Below, in pieces: positions 1 through 9,121 of a stretch of DNA of 64,000 nucleotides. Position numbers and translations under genes: made by a program. The DNA is taken from the sequence record PQ227241.1. One strand, given 5' to 3'. Below the pieces are notes generated by a model. That model searched no databases, had not been told where the DNA came from, and saw nothing but the letters and a program-made list of their open reading frames with translations. Position 1 is the first letter of the stretch, and each line of letters opens with the position of its first letter.

Positions 1-696
1 AAACCACTCATATTTAGGGATTACACGAGTGTCTTCAAGATTACGCCATGTCTTACCGTAAACAGCACCTAGATCGCCGCCGACCAGACGCTCTGGTTCT
101 TTATGCATCAAAGCACGATACAGTCGCTTGTTATATTCAGCACGAATACCTTCAGGATTTTTGGCTTCATCGAACCCTTCAGTAGCGAACCTATTCCACG
201 ACGTTACGCTAACTCCAATGATGTATTGGATTTCCTCACGGTTAACTGGATATTCATCCCAGAAGGCCTGAATAGTCTCTGGAGTCATACCCGACTCGAA
301 TTCCGCTACAGTCTCAATGAATGGAGTAGAGTCATCGTTCATACAATGTAAGTACATTACGAATGGGGCACCAATGAGGGCAGTTACTGCTTTAAGAACG
401 GCCTCATCGGTCATCGGCTCATATACTGCGGTTTCAGGTTTAACCCACTCGTTCCAGATGCGTACACCATTAGCGATCAGGTAATCCACCTTAGTATCAC
501 CTGACAGCATCCAGAACAATTCATGAATTACAGAAGCTAGATGAATCTTCTTGGTGGTTACAACTGGTAGCTGATTATTACGCAGACTATAACGTTCTTG
601 TTGACCAAACATGCTCTGAGTACCAGTACCAGTACGGTCACCTTTATGTACACCGTGTTCTTTAACTAAACGGATTGAATTAAGATATTGTTCCAT
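1..696 (-). CDS. thyA: Thymidylate synthase ThyA (runs off the left edge; absent from the ORF track)
   Basis: Hand translation from ATG at 696: [31 protein letters not shown]...PVVTTKKIH...[10 protein letters not shown]...GVRIWNEW...[12 protein letters not shown]; canonical ThyA motifs, frame open to base 1. Confidence 0.95.
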   Translation of the reverse strand, partial: MEQYLNSIRLVKEHGVHKGDRTGTGTQSMFGQQERYSLRNNQLPVVTTKKIHLASVIHELFWMLSGDTKVDYLIANGVRIWNEWVKPETAVYEPMTDEAVLKAVTALIGAPFVMYLHCMNDDSTPFIETVAEFESGMTPETIQAFWDEYPVNREEIQYIIGVSVTSWNRFATEGFDEAKNPEGIRAEYNKRLYRALMHKEPERLVGGDLGAVYGKTWRNLEDTRVIPKYEWF

Positions 697-896
697 TACT
701 TGATCCTCGGATTGTCTACTAGTCCACAGTTGAACCAGAGATGTTTATCATGGCGGCGCTCATCACTAATAGATACGATCGTACCCTTACCATCTTTAAA
801 GTTAATAATCAATGCCCGAACTCGACCATGGGTGAGAGCATTGAAAATTTTGTACGACTTTACACTGAATGCGATTCTTTCATCAAGACGATCCAT
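696..896 (-). CDS. Hypothetical protein (66 aa)
   Basis: ORF track; its TAA overlaps the thyA ATG (TAATG coupling). Confidence 0.7.
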   Translation of the reverse strand: MDRLDERIAFSVKSYKIFNALTHGRVRALIINFKDGKGTIVSISDERRHDKHLWFNCGLVDNPRIK

Positions 897-923
897 ACTT
901 TATTCCTCTAGTCTTACTAATAA

Positions 924-1217
924 TCACAGATCAACCTCTATCCGTTTGTATTTGATTTCAACCGGAATACCTAATTCATTTTTTACAAGATTAAATGAGT
1001 TTTTTGATGGAGTGTATGTAGCAATTATAACGGCTTGACTATCAGCTACAGCTACATCTCGCCATTCCATGTGCATGTTATCGAAATCATCTTTACCCAT
1101 AATCAAGTAATAAGACGTATCATTATGCGTAATGGTATTTTCAAACGGTCTAATTACAAAAGCACTTAAACTAGACTGTATACGGTGTCCTACTTGTTCA
1201 AGTGTAACTGTATACAT
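924..1217 (-). CDS. Hypothetical protein
   Basis: ORF track; GGAGG RBS upstream; co-directional. Confidence 0.75.
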   Translation of the reverse strand: MYTVTLEQVGHRIQSSLSAFVIRPFENTITHNDTSYYLIMGKDDFDNMHMEWRDVAVADSQAVIIATYTPSKNSFNLVKNELGIPVEIKYKRIEVDL

Positions 1218-1238
1218 AAAACCTCCTAGACGGCATAC

Positions 1239-1258
1239 GGGAGTCCCGAAGGACCCCC
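1239..1258 (-). terminator. Intrinsic terminator-like hairpin with UUCG loop
   Basis: gggagtcc-cgaa-ggaccccc; on the minus strand the loop reads UUCG and the mismatch becomes a G-U pair. Confidence 0.6.
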
Positions 1259-1322
1259 TAAGCGCAACTAACCAATCGGCCAGTATTTTGCCTATAATAT
1301 TAGTCTATTAAAAGTATTTTTA

Positions 1323-2030
1323 TTACAGACCAATACGAGTCAAAATTTCAGCCCAACCTTTCTCTTTAGCATATCGCAATAGGCTATTTTCAATATGGGT
1401 TTCACTATAGACAATAGGCTCATGACCACCTTGTACATGATACATTGTTAATGGTTCCACCACATGTTGACTAGACCAAGCATCGTATAAACGATCATTG
1501 ATTTTAATCACCACATATACCATCAATTTATCGTCGATGTCAAGATCAATACCTGCTACAAATGCATTAACATTGGAACGCACTTGGTCAGCAGTTAGTT
1601 GCACTTGCAGCCCGCCATGTACTTCAAATTCGATATCACAGATATTCTTATTTAACCAAGTATACACTGCCTGATTAGCATATGTCTCAATTGGATCACT
1701 ACTACGTAAATCTATTAATGGACCATATGTTTCTAATGATGAGACACTGGTATCAACTAAGTCATTCAATGAGTATTCGGTACTAGAACAACTATCTAAA
1801 ACACAGATAGTGTTATCCTCGATATGGATAGGTAATACCTTGAATACCACATTAGCAACATTAGGTAATGACGTATCTGGTTCAGAACTATTGAATGGAG
1901 TATAAAATAATCGATCAGCCACTTCAGTATCAATAGTTGATACATCCATTGGAATGAATCCATTAAGATCTTGTTTGATTACGTCATTGTGTCCAATTCC
2001 AGAAAAAGATAAATACATTTTCTCAGACAT
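1323..2030 (-). CDS. Hypothetical protein (235 aa)
   Basis: Long ORF in tightly packed minus-strand block. Confidence 0.8.
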   Translation of the reverse strand: MSEKMYLSFSGIGHNDVIKQDLNGFIPMDVSTIDTEVADRLFYTPFNSSEPDTSLPNVANVVFKVLPIHIEDNTICVLDSCSSTEYSLNDLVDTSVSSLETYGPLIDLRSSDPIETYANQAVYTWLNKNICDIEFEVHGGLQVQLTADQVRSNVNAFVAGIDLDIDDKLMVYVVIKINDRLYDAWSSQHVVEPLTMYHVQGGHEPIVYSETHIENSLLRYAKEKGWAEILTRIGL

Positions 2031-2038
2031 ATCCGTAC

Positions 2039-2296
2039 CTATTTATTTACACAGATTAGAGTATGTTCTACTTTACTGGTACTAGAAGAAAAATAACGTA
2101 ATAGAACACCATCGCTGATTTTTACAGTCTCTACATTATTACGAATAGCACTTGCTTTAGCTAGTTTTTGAATACGCTCAATCGCGCTAAAACAAGTAGT
2201 CATGTCAGAGAACTCAGTGGTTGACTGCGATGCACCATTGGCTTGATAACCAGCGATACTGATACTACTAAAAAGAATTGCTAAAGTTGCATTCAT
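2039..2296 (-). CDS. Small exported/membrane protein with a Cys pair
   Basis: Hydrophobic N-terminus; EFSDMTTC...LICVNK. Confidence 0.7.
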   Translation of the reverse strand: MNATLAILFSSISIAGYQANGASQSTTEFSDMTTCFSAIERIQKLAKASAIRNNVETVKISDGVLLRYFSSSTSKVEHTLICVNK

Positions 2297-3201
2297 TTCT
2301 TACCACCTTTAATAACAGTGAGTTTTGGTGGACCAGTAGGACGAGAAGGTTTATTAATAATAATCTGCGAATTGGAAGAATTATTGAAATCCTCAACCAT
2401 CTTATTTACATCATTGTCAAATGAATTAGATGTATTATCACCCGAGTCCACAGTTGATTCACTAACCACATTTGAAATAGGGTAACTGAGGAGTTCCATC
2501 ATAAGTACATTGATGTTATCCTGATAGTTTTCATTACGTGTACAATTAATAACCCGCTCACACCAATCCATAATTAATTCTGGTGCATTCTGTTTAATTG
2601 CAGTTACCGCTACTCTAATATGTGCATCTAATTCTGGATTACTAAATTCAGTTACTCTGTTAATGGCGCTTTCAATCATCTGATCATGCTCATTCTCAGA
2701 TGTATTCCTTACAACTAACTTACCATTAGTGGTATCGGCTTTATTTTTAAAATTAACCTCAGTGACATTACCTACGGTAGTTAATACTGGGTTTTTGTCA
2801 ACTACATTATTAACAGTTCCTTCTAATGTTGCACGAATAGTATCTGCATTGAGATATCTATCCACTAGCGGCATTTCAAAGAATGCGTTAGAATTATCAT
2901 CAATAGGTGTAACTACACCCAATACTGCATAAAGAGGAAGTTTAATACTGACCCCAACTCCATTTACTGTTACATTGAAAGAGATATATTCGTCACTGAT
3001 ATAAAAATTCTTTGCACAGCGTGGATGGATATTGAAAGTGATAGTGTGATCTTCTTTCGCATGCTTTAGAGCTACCTCAGATAAATCAGGTACTAATTGA
3101 GTATGTGCTACAATTAGAATATCTCTGAAGTTATTCTCAAGAAACCAATCATAGGTAGCTCGAAGAATATGGCCAGTAAGTAATGATTTTACCTTTAGCA
3201 T
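2293..3201 (-). CDS. sspB: SspB-like ClpXP specificity adaptor, extended
   Basis: N-terminus (ILRATYDWFLEN...ITFNIHPRC...ISFNVTVNG...LPLYAVLGV) aligns by eye with SspB (LLRAFYEWLLDN...IVLNIAPRA...VRFNARFGG...VPLAAVLAI); tail PPKLTVIK resembles the RPALRVVK ClpX-binding tail. Confidence 0.85.
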   Translation of the reverse strand: MLKVKSLLTGHILRATYDWFLENNFRDILIVAHTQLVPDLSEVALKHAKEDHTITFNIHPRCAKNFYISDEYISFNVTVNGVGVSIKLPLYAVLGVVTPIDDNSNAFFEMPLVDRYLNADTIRATLEGTVNNVVDKNPVLTTVGNVTEVNFKNKADTTNGKLVVRNTSENEHDQMIESAINRVTEFSNPELDAHIRVAVTAIKQNAPELIMDWCERVINCTRNENYQDNINVLMMELLSYPISNVVSESTVDSGDNTSNSFDNDVNKMVEDFNNSSNSQIIINKPSRPTGPPKLTVIKGGKK

Positions 3202-3223
3202 ATTTGTATTACCTTTAAATAAA

Positions 3224-3691
3224 TTATAGGAAGATATCTTCTACTGAGGGCACTATATTCTTTTCTTTTACAAGTTCAGTAGATTTGGTATAATGTGCAT
3301 TAAATAGTTTCTTTAAATCTGCTTTTTCATATTTTACAGTATCTGCTAATTTCCAAATAGTAAGACCTAGATGAATACTAACTGAATTAACATGTTTTAC
3401 GCATAGATCAATTAATTTGTTAAACTCTTCTAATTCATTTTTAATCAACGTTGCATCTAAAGCTTGGTGCAAACGATTAGATAATTTAACTTTATCTTTG
3501 TCAATTGTAAAGTTATTTTCAATATCCTTAGCACTCATCGGTGGTTCAACTTTATACCACACATTGGTTAGTTTACCGTCCACACGCGTCGTGATGGGAT
3601 GTTTATAATCAGTCCAACTTCTATGTAGATTATGTTTATCATCAAGAACATCTACAGTAACTTTCTCATTACCTGTAAAGAATGGATACAT
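3224..3691 (-). CDS. Hypothetical protein
   Basis: ORF track. Confidence 0.75.
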   Translation of the reverse strand: MYPFFTGNEKVTVDVLDDKHNLHRSWTDYKHPITTRVDGKLTNVWYKVEPPMSAKDIENNFTIDKDKVKLSNRLHQALDATLIKNELEEFNKLIDLCVKHVNSVSIHLGLTIWKLADTVKYEKADLKKLFNAHYTKSTELVKEKNIVPSVEDIFL

Positions 3692-3864
3692 TAGGTTGCC
3701 TTTATTTTATCAATGAGTAATTTTAATAGTTCATCATTAGTTAAATTGTCTTTATTTTTAATAATGTCTTTTAGTTTAAACATATTGAAAGTATACCACA
3801 ACCACTTATGAATTATATAACAAATCACTATAACTAATAATAGTAGTGAATGTAATGCTAGCAT
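3691..3864 (-). CDS. Small membrane protein, 57 aa (below track cutoff)
   Basis: Hand translation MLALHSLLLLVIVICYIIHKWLWYTFNMFKLKDIIKNKDNLTNDELLKLLIDKIKAT; RBS-like AGGT; TAATG coupling to next gene. Confidence 0.7.
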   Translation of the reverse strand: MLALHSLLLLVIVICYIIHKWLWYTFNMFKLKDIIKNKDNLTNDELLKLLIDKIKAT

Positions 3865-3900
3865 TATAACTACCTATTTTGATATGACTTGACCAAATAT

Positions 3901-3922
3901 GTAATATAGATTTCAAAAAAAA
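3901..3922 (-). promoter_or_regulatory. Early-type promoter (TATATTAC)
   Basis: Minus strand ttttttgaaatcTATATTAC; matches the phiKZ early-promoter core. Confidence 0.7.
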
Positions 3923-3935
3923 TTTAATGTAATAA

Positions 3936-3957
3936 AGGAGAGCTAAATAGCTCTCCT
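3936..3957 (-). terminator. Hairpin terminator
   Basis: aggagagct-aaat-agctctcct directly after the 3966 stop. Confidence 0.65.
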
Positions 3958-3965
3958 ATTTATGC

Positions 3966-4256
3966 TTATTTATTTTTCTTTCTTGACTTATCTTTAATAA
4001 CTAAGTCTAATGCTTCAAACATTTTAACAGCAGTTAAATGGTCGATAGAGTATGCCTTTTTACGTAAACGTCCAATAGCTACTGTATACTGGTATTCAGA
4101 TAAACCATCACTCATATTGTCAATAATTGATAGTGCTTCTTTATAAAGCCTGTTACACTTTATCGTGTGTTTGATGGCATAATAACCCCAGTTAATTAAA
4201 GCCATCATTATAATCAGAAACAAAATACCTATAATTACTGTCATGATATCATTCAT
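3966..4256 (-). CDS. Membrane-anchored hypothetical protein
   Basis: N-terminal hydrophobic helix. Confidence 0.75.
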   Translation of the reverse strand: MNDIMTVIIGILFLIIMMALINWGYYAIKHTIKCNRLYKEALSIIDNMSDGLSEYQYTVAIGRLRKKAYSIDHLTAVKMFEALDLVIKDKSRKKNK

Positions 4257-4566
4257 TTGCTGTTTCCCTATTATTACATTTTAATATAATCAATGAGTTG
4301 ATATCGTAAATAAAAGATGTAAAAATATGTTGATTTGTTATTTTAGATGATTCTTTATCTATAATGTCTTGGACAGCATTTTGATAGAAAAAATAACTTA
4401 TGCCATTGGGCATTTTATCTAATACATATCTAACCTTATAAACACCCATCCAGTGAATATAATGATTTTTTATATTAATAATGAAAGTTACACATGTTGA
4501 TATAGCCGTTAGTGTTATCATTGATATAACAAATACTTTATACATTTGCAACCCACAGATTCTCAT
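4249..4566 (-). CDS. Membrane-anchored hypothetical protein, possible paralog of 3966..4256
   Basis: N-terminal TM; MPNGISYFFY resembles MSDGLSEYQY in the neighbour. Confidence 0.7.
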   Translation of the reverse strand: MRICGLQMYKVFVISMITLTAISTCVTFIINIKNHYIHWMGVYKVRYVLDKMPNGISYFFYQNAVQDIIDKESSKITNQHIFTSFIYDINSLIILKCNNRETANE

Positions 4567-4579
4567 CTAGATGAAATAA

Positions 4580-4599
4580 ACCAGCCCCGAAGGGCTGGT
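4580..4599 (-). terminator. UUCG-loop hairpin terminator
   Basis: accagccc-cgaa-gggctggt; U-rich tail on the minus strand. Confidence 0.75.
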
Positions 4600-4601
4600 A
4601 T

Positions 4602-4970
4602 TTATTTTACAACCACAGCTTTACCGTAGTTGTTATCCATACAGGTTTTAAATGATGTAACGTATGCATCACGTGGGCTTTGTCTACGTGAATACACAAC
4701 GTGCACCTCTTTAATTGCTGCTGGGAGAACATTGTAAAGAACGTTATCTTTGTTCTTCACGCCGTACCCTTTTAGGGATCGTAGGTTTTCTTCCCATTGT
4801 AAAATGGGTGTTTTACGCTGACGTGCTTCTGCTGTGGCATGTGCTATAAGTGCAACACCATTACAGTAATTCTCGTCAACTACCAACGATGCAGCTAGTG
4901 GGTTTGATACGTATAACAACGTACTTAATACGGCCACTAACTTCATTACGTGTGTTAAACATTGCATCAC
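4602..4970 (-). CDS. Putative exported helical protein with a Cys pair
   Basis: Signal-peptide-like N-terminus; two Cys in the mature part. Confidence 0.7.
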   Translation of the reverse strand: MMQCLTHVMKLVAVLSTLLYVSNPLAASLVVDENYCNGVALIAHATAEARQRKTPILQWEENLRSLKGYGVKNKDNVLYNVLPAAIKEVHVVYSRRQSPRDAYVTSFKTCMDNNYGKAVVVK

Positions 4971-5023
4971 GTTGTACCTAGGTTGCTAAGATCAGAATAT
5001 AAAGCTACTAAAATAGCCTTAAA

Positions 5024-5623
5024 TCATTCTACAACCTTAACGTTACCATCTTCAATAACTAGATCTTTACCTACAACATCGGCAAGATCTAACTTATCCT
5101 TTACTTCCAGTTTCTTGATACTGTGTACAAAACGGAATACAGATAGACGAAGAATTAGTTCTTCTGGTACATCAACAACATCAATAAAGTATTCTGATGG
5201 GTTGATATCACAATTGACATATTCCCAACTTTGTCTTAGTTCAGTTTCATTCTCAGTTACTTGTGCATCAAGAACTTCTTCAAAGTTAATATTGGCAATA
5301 TTAGTATCATTATCATTCAGATAAGTAAATTGAAGACTAGCATTATTAATGAATTCTTCTTCAACTACAGTTAGTGCACGTTGAGCGTGAATGGGTAGAT
5401 GATATCGAATACACCCATTAATAATAACCTCATTTGCCTTTTCAATATAACGTTCTTCTTTGAATTTTACATTAGATACGACGTAATCTAGGATTGCCTT
5501 GTAATATTCTTTATGATCTGGGTGGCTCTTTTCAATCCACTGTCGGCTACTTACGCTAATTTTTTTCTCGGCTAGAAAATCTCGGAATTTAGCACGATCG
5601 ATATAAGCGGTACGTTTTTTCAT
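5024..5623 (-). CDS. Hypothetical protein
   Basis: ORF track; AGGA RBS. Confidence 0.8.
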   Translation of the reverse strand: MKKRTAYIDRAKFRDFLAEKKISVSSRQWIEKSHPDHKEYYKAILDYVVSNVKFKEERYIEKANEVIINGCIRYHLPIHAQRALTVVEEEFINNASLQFTYLNDNDTNIANINFEEVLDAQVTENETELRQSWEYVNCDINPSEYFIDVVDVPEELILRLSVFRFVHSIKKLEVKDKLDLADVVGKDLVIEDGNVKVVE

Positions 5624-5635
5624 CAGTAGTTCCTA

Positions 5636-6151
5636 TTATTTAACATTTCTAGGTGTTAGTTCGATATGTGAACAGATCACATAAGATGCACATGCCAGTA
5701 CATCTAAACCATAATACTCATCATAATGGAAATATCCTCTGAGATTACCTTGTTTAGTAAAGGTGTATTCATCAGCTAAATCTAACTCGTTACTTGTCTC
5801 TAGCACATTGATTAATTTATCATATTCAACTTTTAGTGCTATATCAGTACAGATTATTTGCTTGATATATTTATCAGAGTTTGGATCATTTTTATAATCT
5901 AAAGTATCAGTTAATACAGTGGTTAATGCTAGAATAACATAGTCATGGTAACTTTCCGGTTGTTTAATCTCACCTTCAGGTATTTCAATCCATTCCCAAC
6001 CATGTCGTAATATATTTAGCATTACATGCCACTTACTGGTTTCATTACTAACCACAGCTATTGGTGAATCATTATAAGGTTTATATAAACCTGTTGTTTT
6101 TAAAAGATCTTTTTTAATAGCAGCTATATATAACGGGCGGTTTTCTGACAT
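5636..6151 (-). CDS. Hypothetical protein
   Basis: ORF track. Confidence 0.8.
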   Translation of the reverse strand: MSENRPLYIAAIKKDLLKTTGLYKPYNDSPIAVVSNETSKWHVMLNILRHGWEWIEIPEGEIKQPESYHDYVILALTTVLTDTLDYKNDPNSDKYIKQIICTDIALKVEYDKLINVLETSNELDLADEYTFTKQGNLRGYFHYDEYYGLDVLACASYVICSHIELTPRNVK

Positions 6152-6160
6152 TTTTATAAC

Positions 6161-6490
6161 TCACATATATTTCAAATGTTTGCCAATTGGTCTGTTAGGG
6201 TTATACATATAACCACGACCTGCTGCTGCCCTAATTACTAATTTCTGCATATCTGTTAATTTTCTATAATTATCACCAATTAATTTAAGTATAATACTTT
6301 CTATAGAATCATTAGTTAATTCAGAAGGATCTGTTACTTTGAAATAATTATATACTAATTCTCTTTTAACTAGAAAATCAACTCTTCGTTTTTCTTTAAT
6401 TCGTTTATAACGTTGCGATACATGGATAAATGAAAATAAAACAACTATCCAGAATAAGGTCAAAAGTAGGTACTCATCAACTACATTCAT
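6161..6490 (-). CDS. Membrane-anchored hypothetical protein
   Basis: N-terminal TM segment. Confidence 0.75.
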   Translation of the reverse strand: MNVVDEYLLLTLFWIVVLFSFIHVSQRYKRIKEKRRVDFLVKRELVYNYFKVTDPSELTNDSIESIILKLIGDNYRKLTDMQKLVIRAAAGRGYMYNPNRPIGKHLKYM

Positions 6491-6492
6491 TT

Positions 6493-6816
6493 TTAATCCC
6501 TATCTTTTTTTTTCAAATTATCTTGTAACTCAACTAGTGTTCTGTTTAATAAACTAATTTGTTTCTGTTGTTCACATACAAGTTCACTTAACGTATTAAT
6601 CTGTGCCTGTAGTTCTTTAGTATTAGTATCAATAACATCAAGAATATATTCTTTATTTTTCTTAGGCATTCTTTGCTTCCTCAACGTTAATTCACCAAAC
6701 GGCAGAAAAGATGACTGGGCAGCCAACACTCTTTTAGAATGTCTTTTGCCCAGTCTTTTAAATGTCTTACGAAGTTTAATTGGTATAAGCATTAAATAAT
6801 ATCTCTTGATGCCCAT
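6493..6816 (-). CDS. Hypothetical coiled-coil protein (start uncertain)
   Basis: ORF track; heptad-like C-terminus. Confidence 0.65.
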   Translation of the reverse strand: MGIKRYYLMLIPIKLRKTFKRLGKRHSKRVLAAQSSFLPFGELTLRKQRMPKKNKEYILDVIDTNTKELQAQINTLSELVCEQQKQISLLNRTLVELQDNLKKKDRD

Positions 6817-7226
6817 GTACCATCTACAGAGTCATTTACAAATGGTGCACGGTCACCAGGTATTACTTGAGCCCATAAATCCACTTCAAGTAATATCCGA
6901 CGACATGCATAAAAAGGCTCTACTTCTACCCTGTATGAATTATCTTTAGGATCAATATACACAGTAGCAACTAGCTTAGGCTGGGCTCTTCGCCATTTAT
7001 CCCATACTTTAAGAATTACTTCGCCTTCCATTCTGGCTATACGTGGAGTTATCTTTACCTCACTAATGATTAGCCCATCTGGACCTACCACTCGTTTAGG
7101 GGATAGCCATTTATGATAACCAATATCATTAATCCCATTCTTTGAAAATACCGAGTCTTCAAGATATCCTCTCACACCAGGGTATAACGGAACCATTGTA
7201 AGCATATGACACCTATAGTGATCCAT
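6792..7226 (-). CDS. Hypothetical protein
   Basis: ORF track. Confidence 0.75.
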   Translation of the reverse strand: MDHYRCHMLTMVPLYPGVRGYLEDSVFSKNGINDIGYHKWLSPKRVVGPDGLIISEVKITPRIARMEGEVILKVWDKWRRAQPKLVATVYIDPKDNSYRVEVEPFYACRRILLEVDLWAQVIPGDRAPFVNDSVDGTWASRDII

Positions 7227-7611
7227 TGGATGCCCATAAAACTGAATAAGGATTTTGAGTTAATTGGAATCTAATTGCAAAGTTTTCGATTTCCCAAAAA
7301 CGATCAGTCTTATTCCACTCTAATTCCTTTTTCGCCAGATCAACATTAATTGTTGATATAATACGATTACGCTCTTCTTCAAATACAGTAAACCTGACGA
7401 TTGCTGGAAATAAGCAATCTCTTTCTTTATAAAAGTTTAGAGTATTCTTATCGATATAACCTGGTCCTGGAATAATTTCAAGGATATTAAAATCAGTCCA
7501 TCCTAAGTCTGGTGTACCTAGATCAGGTAAATGTTTTAAAACCCCATTGCGTATAAAGGGTTTTCCATATTCTAGTGTGACCTCATGAAAAGAAGAACCA
7601 TAGATTTTCAT
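7213..7611 (-). CDS. Hypothetical protein
   Basis: ORF track. Confidence 0.75.
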   Translation of the reverse strand: MKIYGSSFHEVTLEYGKPFIRNGVLKHLPDLGTPDLGWTDFNILEIIPGPGYIDKNTLNFYKERDCLFPAIVRFTVFEEERNRIISTINVDLAKKELEWNKTDRFWEIENFAIRFQLTQNPYSVLWASNGSL

Positions 7612-7771
7612 ACAACCACCGCGCGTTTTAATTCATAGGGTTAGTATGTTTAGTACCGTTTGAATTTTATTTCATTACAGATGATCGCTTTGTTATATTT
7701 GGTGTTTGAATATTTTAGACTAGTTTCAATAAATGCTTTCTTTTTCATATATACACTTACGCAAAATAAAT

Positions 7772-7794
7772 AGGGACTCTCATTAAGAGTCCCT
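7772..7794 (-). terminator. Hairpin terminator
   Basis: agggactct-catta-agagtccct after the 7800 stop. Confidence 0.65.
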
Positions 7795-7799
7795 TAATA

Positions 7800-8132
7800 T
7801 TAAACGAATAATAACTCCAGTACTAATACTGGAAATTTATGCCGATATTGTGGATGTACATACGTATGAAATTTATGTGTTCCTAAATGGAATTCAACGT
7901 ACAGTACAATAAAATCTTTAGCTACATTTCGATCATGTACGTAAATAGTGAGTATTTCACCATCATCATCTTTCTTACGTCCATAATCAAAATAGTAATT
8001 TTTGTTATCAGCTATCCCTTCAGCATTTAATTGAATGCCCCTTACATCAACAACATTTAAACTAGAATCTTCATTAAATAAAGATCTAGTGCTACCATGG
8101 TAAACCATTAATGGATCTAATTGAATCTGCAT
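7800..8132 (-). CDS. Hypothetical protein
   Basis: ORF track; GAGG RBS. Confidence 0.75.
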   Translation of the reverse strand: MQIQLDPLMVYHGSTRSLFNEDSSLNVVDVRGIQLNAEGIADNKNYYFDYGRKKDDDGEILTIYVHDRNVAKDFIVLYVEFHLGTHKFHTYVHPQYRHKFPVLVLELLFV

Positions 8133-8200
8133 GTGTTAGTCCTCTACTATGTAGTGAGGCACATGCCTCACTTATATTGTTTTAATTTTCATATTAATGA

Positions 8201-8548
8201 TCAATTAAAGTTAACAGTGCTATAAGCTTTACCTAATGCTGTAAATAGTTCTTCATTAAGTTCATCAAATTCTAACCAACCATTCATTTCACCTAAGATA
8301 GTTTTAACAATCGTAAGATTAACAATCTCAGAGCTAGGAATGATATCTCGAATTCTCTCATGGAAATTAACTACTTGCTGAATACTTACTTTAGTATCAT
8401 TGACTGAGATATCATCATCAGTTAACTTATTAATAGCCATCATTGCTATACGTGAGAATAGATCAGTATGTTCTTCCTTAACAATTTCCCATGCTGCATT
8501 AAAGGAGTCAAGAACATCTAGATCATCAGAATTTAGTTGCTTTTGCAT
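8201..8548 (-). CDS. Hypothetical helical protein
   Basis: ORF track; GAGG RBS. Confidence 0.8.
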   Translation of the reverse strand: MQKQLNSDDLDVLDSFNAAWEIVKEEHTDLFSRIAMMAINKLTDDDISVNDTKVSIQQVVNFHERIRDIIPSSEIVNLTIVKTILGEMNGWLEFDELNEELFTALGKAYSTVNFN

Positions 8549-8650
8549 TTTAACCTCTTAAACATTATAACACATATACCCCACAACATAAGTCATGGAG
8601 TATATGCCTCGAAAGGTACGTAATAGAAATACTACTACATAGTATTGTAT

Positions 8651-9121
8651 TTACTCATTAATAACAGATACTTTGTTATTCTCAGCTTTATTTTTAGCCG
8701 ATAGGGCTAAATAGAGACAACTATACCAAGTGAAGTAGTCTCTTGGGAAATAACCCTTTAAAAAAGTAGCCATATTTTTAGCACACGCTTTATTAATATT
8801 CTTATTAATGATTTTCCTCTCATTCATTATTTTACAAGCTAACAATGAATAATGTAGTTGATTATTAGTACTTAGGTCTTCAAGGAATAGTTCTTTCACT
8901 GCTTGTGGCTTAGAACTTAGACACATTATAATTTCTTGAACAATATAGTCATTCGTCACTGAATGAATGAGTTCAAGATAGAGTGAAAGATTAATCGAAT
9001 ACAGATCTTGTTTATTATTGAAAATGTATCCATTTCTATCTAATGTAACTAATTTCTTATATGTGGGAGACATCTTTTCATTAACTATTTTATAAAAAAG
9101 ACTAATCACTAATTTAATCAT
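8651..9121 (-). CDS. Hypothetical protein
   Basis: ORF track; 4-nt overlap with upstream gene. Confidence 0.7.
   Translation of the reverse strand: MIKLVISLFYKIVNEKMSPTYKKLVTLDRNGYIFNNKQDLYSINLSLYLELIHSVTNDYIVQEIIMCLSSKPQAVKELFLEDLSTNNQLHYSLLACKIMNERKIINKNINKACAKNMATFLKGYFPRDYFTWYSCLYLALSAKNKAENNKVSVINE

Noticed and set aside
103-351. Plus-strand 82-aa ORF
   Set aside because: Antisense shadow of thyA, which is open across the same region with canonical motifs
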